Source of the DNA: Alphaproteobacteria bacterium
Lineage (GTDB): Bacteria > Pseudomonadota > Alphaproteobacteria > MPNO01 > UBA830
Reading direction: 5' to 3'
DNA length: 64,000 nucleotides
NCBI GenBank assembly: GCA_964291215.2
Contig: OZ219791.1
Span: forward strand, 768,001-832,000
Below the pieces are notes generated by a model. The model saw only the letters and a list, made by a program, of their open reading frames with translations. It was not told where the DNA came from and searched no databases. Below, one piece after another: positions 61,763-64,000 of the stretch. Positions within the stretch are counted from its first letter, which is position 1. Every line of letters begins with the position of its first letter. A program made the position numbers and the translations under genes.

Positions 61763-62403
61763 GGGCTTGCAACCGGGCTTTCGCCGCCGCCCATGTCGAG
61801 CTGGCCGGCGCCGGGCAGTTCGAACGGTATGTTGGTCGACACCACGGCCATGCCGCCGTCGGAGCAGTGCTCCGACACTGTTGCTGCCAGCGCGGCGGTT
61901 GACGCCGCATCGAGTGTCGCAGCGGGCTCGTCGAGAAGCCAGAGCCGGGCGGGGGTCGCCAACATCCGCGCCAGCGCGAGGCGCCGCGACTGGCCGGTGG
62001 ACAGCAGTCCCGCGGGCATGGTCGCGGCCGTGAGCAGGCCGGTTTGCTCGAGGGCACTCTCGAGTCGCTCCGTCGCAACCCGGCCGGACATCCTCAACTG
62101 TGCGTGAAACGTCAGGTTCTCGATCACCGTAAGTGCAGAATTTACCGCGTCGCGATGGCCGACATAGGCCATGGCAGCATGGAATTCCTCGCGGATATCG
62201 CCGAGGGGAACACCGCGCCAGCGGATTTCTCCGGCGGCCGGCCGGGTGAGCCCGGCCATGATCCGCAACAGGCTGGTCTTGCCCGACGCGTTGGGGCCCG
62301 AGACCACAAGCGCCCCCCCGGGCCCGAGATCGAAATCTAGGGTCCCGAACAGCAGCCGATCACCGCGCCGGCAGGCAAGGTCATGTCCGCTGAAGCCTTC
62401 CAT
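61759..62403 (-). CDS. ccmA: Heme exporter ATP-binding protein
   Basis: GPNASGKTS, LSTGQSRR, WLLDEP. Confidence 0.92.
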   Translation of the reverse strand: MEGFSGHDLACRRGDRLLFGTLDFDLGPGGALVVSGPNASGKTSLLRIMAGLTRPAAGEIRWRGVPLGDIREEFHAAMAYVGHRDAVNSALTVIENLTFHAQLRMSGRVATERLESALEQTGLLTAATMPAGLLSTGQSRRLALARMLATPARLWLLDEPAATLDAASTAALAATVSEHCSDGGMAVVSTNIPFELPGAGQLDMGGGESPVASP

Positions 62404-62557
62404 CGCCGACCGGGCGCCTCCCTCCGAGGGGCAGGGATTCCGCCCCGGAATTGCAGTTTTCCCGCTTTCCGTCAATGCCACGGGCGCCGCCCGGCTTGGA
62501 AATCGTCGCCCTAGCGTTTAGATTGCTGGACAGAAACGTGGTCGACAGGAGGCAGAT

Positions 62558-64000
62558 GTGAGCGCAACCGGACAGGATACCATCGGAGCATGTCGAACCC
62601 TTGACGTGAACGGCCGATCCTACGAGTACTACAGTCTCGACGCCATCGGGAAGGCCGGATTCGGTGATATCTCGCGCTTGCCGTTTTCGCTGAAGATTCT
62701 GGTCGAGAACCTGCTGCGCCACGAGGACGGGCGCTCGGTAACCGTCGACGACATTCGCAACGCCGCCGGCTGGCTGGAGTCGCGGACCTCCGACCTCGAG
62801 ATCGCCTACCGGCCCGCGCGCATCCTGTTGCAGGATTTCACCGGCGTTCCCGCCGTCGTCGACCTGGCGGCGATGCGCCAAGCCATGGTCGATCTCGGCG
62901 GCGATCCGCAGAGGATCAACCCGCTCAGCGCCGTCGACCTGGTCATCGACCATTCGGTCATGATCGACGAATTCGGCACCAATGACGCCTTCGTCCGCAA
63001 TGTCGAGAATGAGTTCGAACGCAACCGCGAACGCTACGAATTCCTGCGCTGGGGCTCCAACGCGTTCGACAATTTCCGCGTCGTGCCCCCGGGCACCGGT
63101 ATCTGCCACCAGGTCAATCTCGAATACCTGTCCCAGACCGTGTGGACGAGCGAGGACGCGAACGGCCGCACCGTCGCCTATCCCGACACCGCGGTCGGCA
63201 CCGACAGCCACACGACGATGGTCAACGGGCTCGCCGTGCTCGCATGGGGCGTCGGCGGCATCGAGGCCGAGGCGGCGATGCTCGGACAGCCCATCTCGAT
63301 GCTGCTGCCGGACGTGGTCGGCGTCAAGCTGATCGGGGAGCTCCGCGAAGGCATGACCGCGACCGACCTAGTGCTCACGGTCACGCAGATGTTGCGTGCC
63401 CGCGGCGTTGTCGGGAAGTTCGTCGAGTTCTTCGGGCCCGGCGTCGGACAGCTGTCGCTGCCGGACCGCGCGACCATTGGCAACATGGCGCCTGAATATG
63501 GCGCTACATGTGGTTTCTTCCCCGTGGACGCGGAAACCTGCGACTATCTCCGCTTCACCGGTCGCGATCCGGAACGGGTGGCCCTGGTCGAGGCCTACGC
63601 GAAGGCTCAGGGCATGTGGCGCGGCGACGACATGCCGGAGCCGCTGTTCACCGACACGCTCGATCTCGATCTCGGCACTGTCGAACCGTCGCTAGCCGGC
63701 CCCAAGCGCCCGCAGGACAGGGTTGTCCTCTCGGAGGTTCGGTCAGTAGCCATAAATGCGATTCGCGAACACCGAAACTCCGAGCCCGCGGAGAGCGACC
63801 AGCTCGCCCGCGCTGTCGGCGACGACTTCGAGGTCGAGGACGGCGATGTGGTCATTGCCGCGATCACCAGCTGTACCAACACATCCAACCCCTCGGTCCT
63901 GGTGGCCGCGGGGCTGCTGGCGCAGAACGCGAGGGCCCGGGGGCTGAAGACCAAGCCGTGGGTCAAGACATCGCTGGCGCCGGGGAGCCAGGTCGTGCGC
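62558..64000 (+). CDS. acnA: Aconitate hydratase A (5' part, runs off window)
   Basis: Manual translation: [63 protein letters not shown]. Confidence 0.96.
   Translation, partial: MSATGQDTIGACRTLDVNGRSYEYYSLDAIGKAGFGDISRLPFSLKILVENLLRHEDGRSVTVDDIRNAAGWLESRTSDLEIAYRPARILLQDFTGVPAVVDLAAMRQAMVDLGGDPQRINPLSAVDLVIDHSVMIDEFGTNDAFVRNVENEFERNRERYEFLRWGSNAFDNFRVVPPGTGICHQVNLEYLSQTVWTSEDANGRTVAYPDTAVGTDSHTTMVNGLAVLAWGVGGIEAEAAMLGQPISMLLPDVVGVKLIGELREGMTATDLVLTVTQMLRARGVVGKFVEFFGPGVGQLSLPDRATIGNMAPEYGATCGFFPVDAETCDYLRFTGRDPERVALVEAYAKAQGMWRGDDMPEPLFTDTLDLDLGTVEPSLAGPKRPQDRVVLSEVRSVAINAIREHRNSEPAESDQLARAVGDDFEVEDGDVVIAAITSCTNTSNPSVLVAAGLLAQNARARGLKTKPWVKTSLAPGSQVVR

Noticed and set aside
1-64000. CRISPR array, tRNA or rRNA genes, prophage
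   Set aside because: No regularly spaced short repeats, cloverleafs, rRNA or phage genes recognised; the repeats are dispersed MITEs and IS ends.

Overview
High-GC alphaproteobacterial (Rhodospirillales-like, by gene order and protein sequences) chromosome segment. The backbone is intact housekeeping genes: rpmH-rnpA-yidD-yidC-yihA, argB, dapD-dapE, truA-fmt-def, rmuC, recR-ybaB-dnaX-ffs (SRP RNA), dps, yejABEF, photolyase, gluQ, etfBA-hbd, ccmABCDE and partial acnA. There are two aromatic-catabolism clusters: ABC binding protein, HpaB-like monooxygenase and Rieske oxygenase at 0-5.5 kb, and dienelactone hydrolase, extradiol-type dioxygenase, CoA ligase, sulfatase and MarR at 30-36 kb. Three mobile-DNA pile-ups (18.1-19.5, 44.2-49.9 and 56.6-59.4 kb) can be largely resolved from terminal inverted repeats (TIRs) and target-site duplications (TSDs). 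They contain IS66-family elements (one carrying a Dam-like methylase fragment and an antisense group II intron), IS630, ISAzo13, a DUF4338 gene, two broken toxin-antitoxin modules, and members of two MITE families (five ~192-bp and two ~183-bp copies across the window). The most unusual signal is that every transposase or RT gene is riddled with short (~1-10 bp) deletions every few tens of bases with few substitutions, while the MITEs and housekeeping genes keep their length. All family assignments are from motif recognition; no database searches were run.
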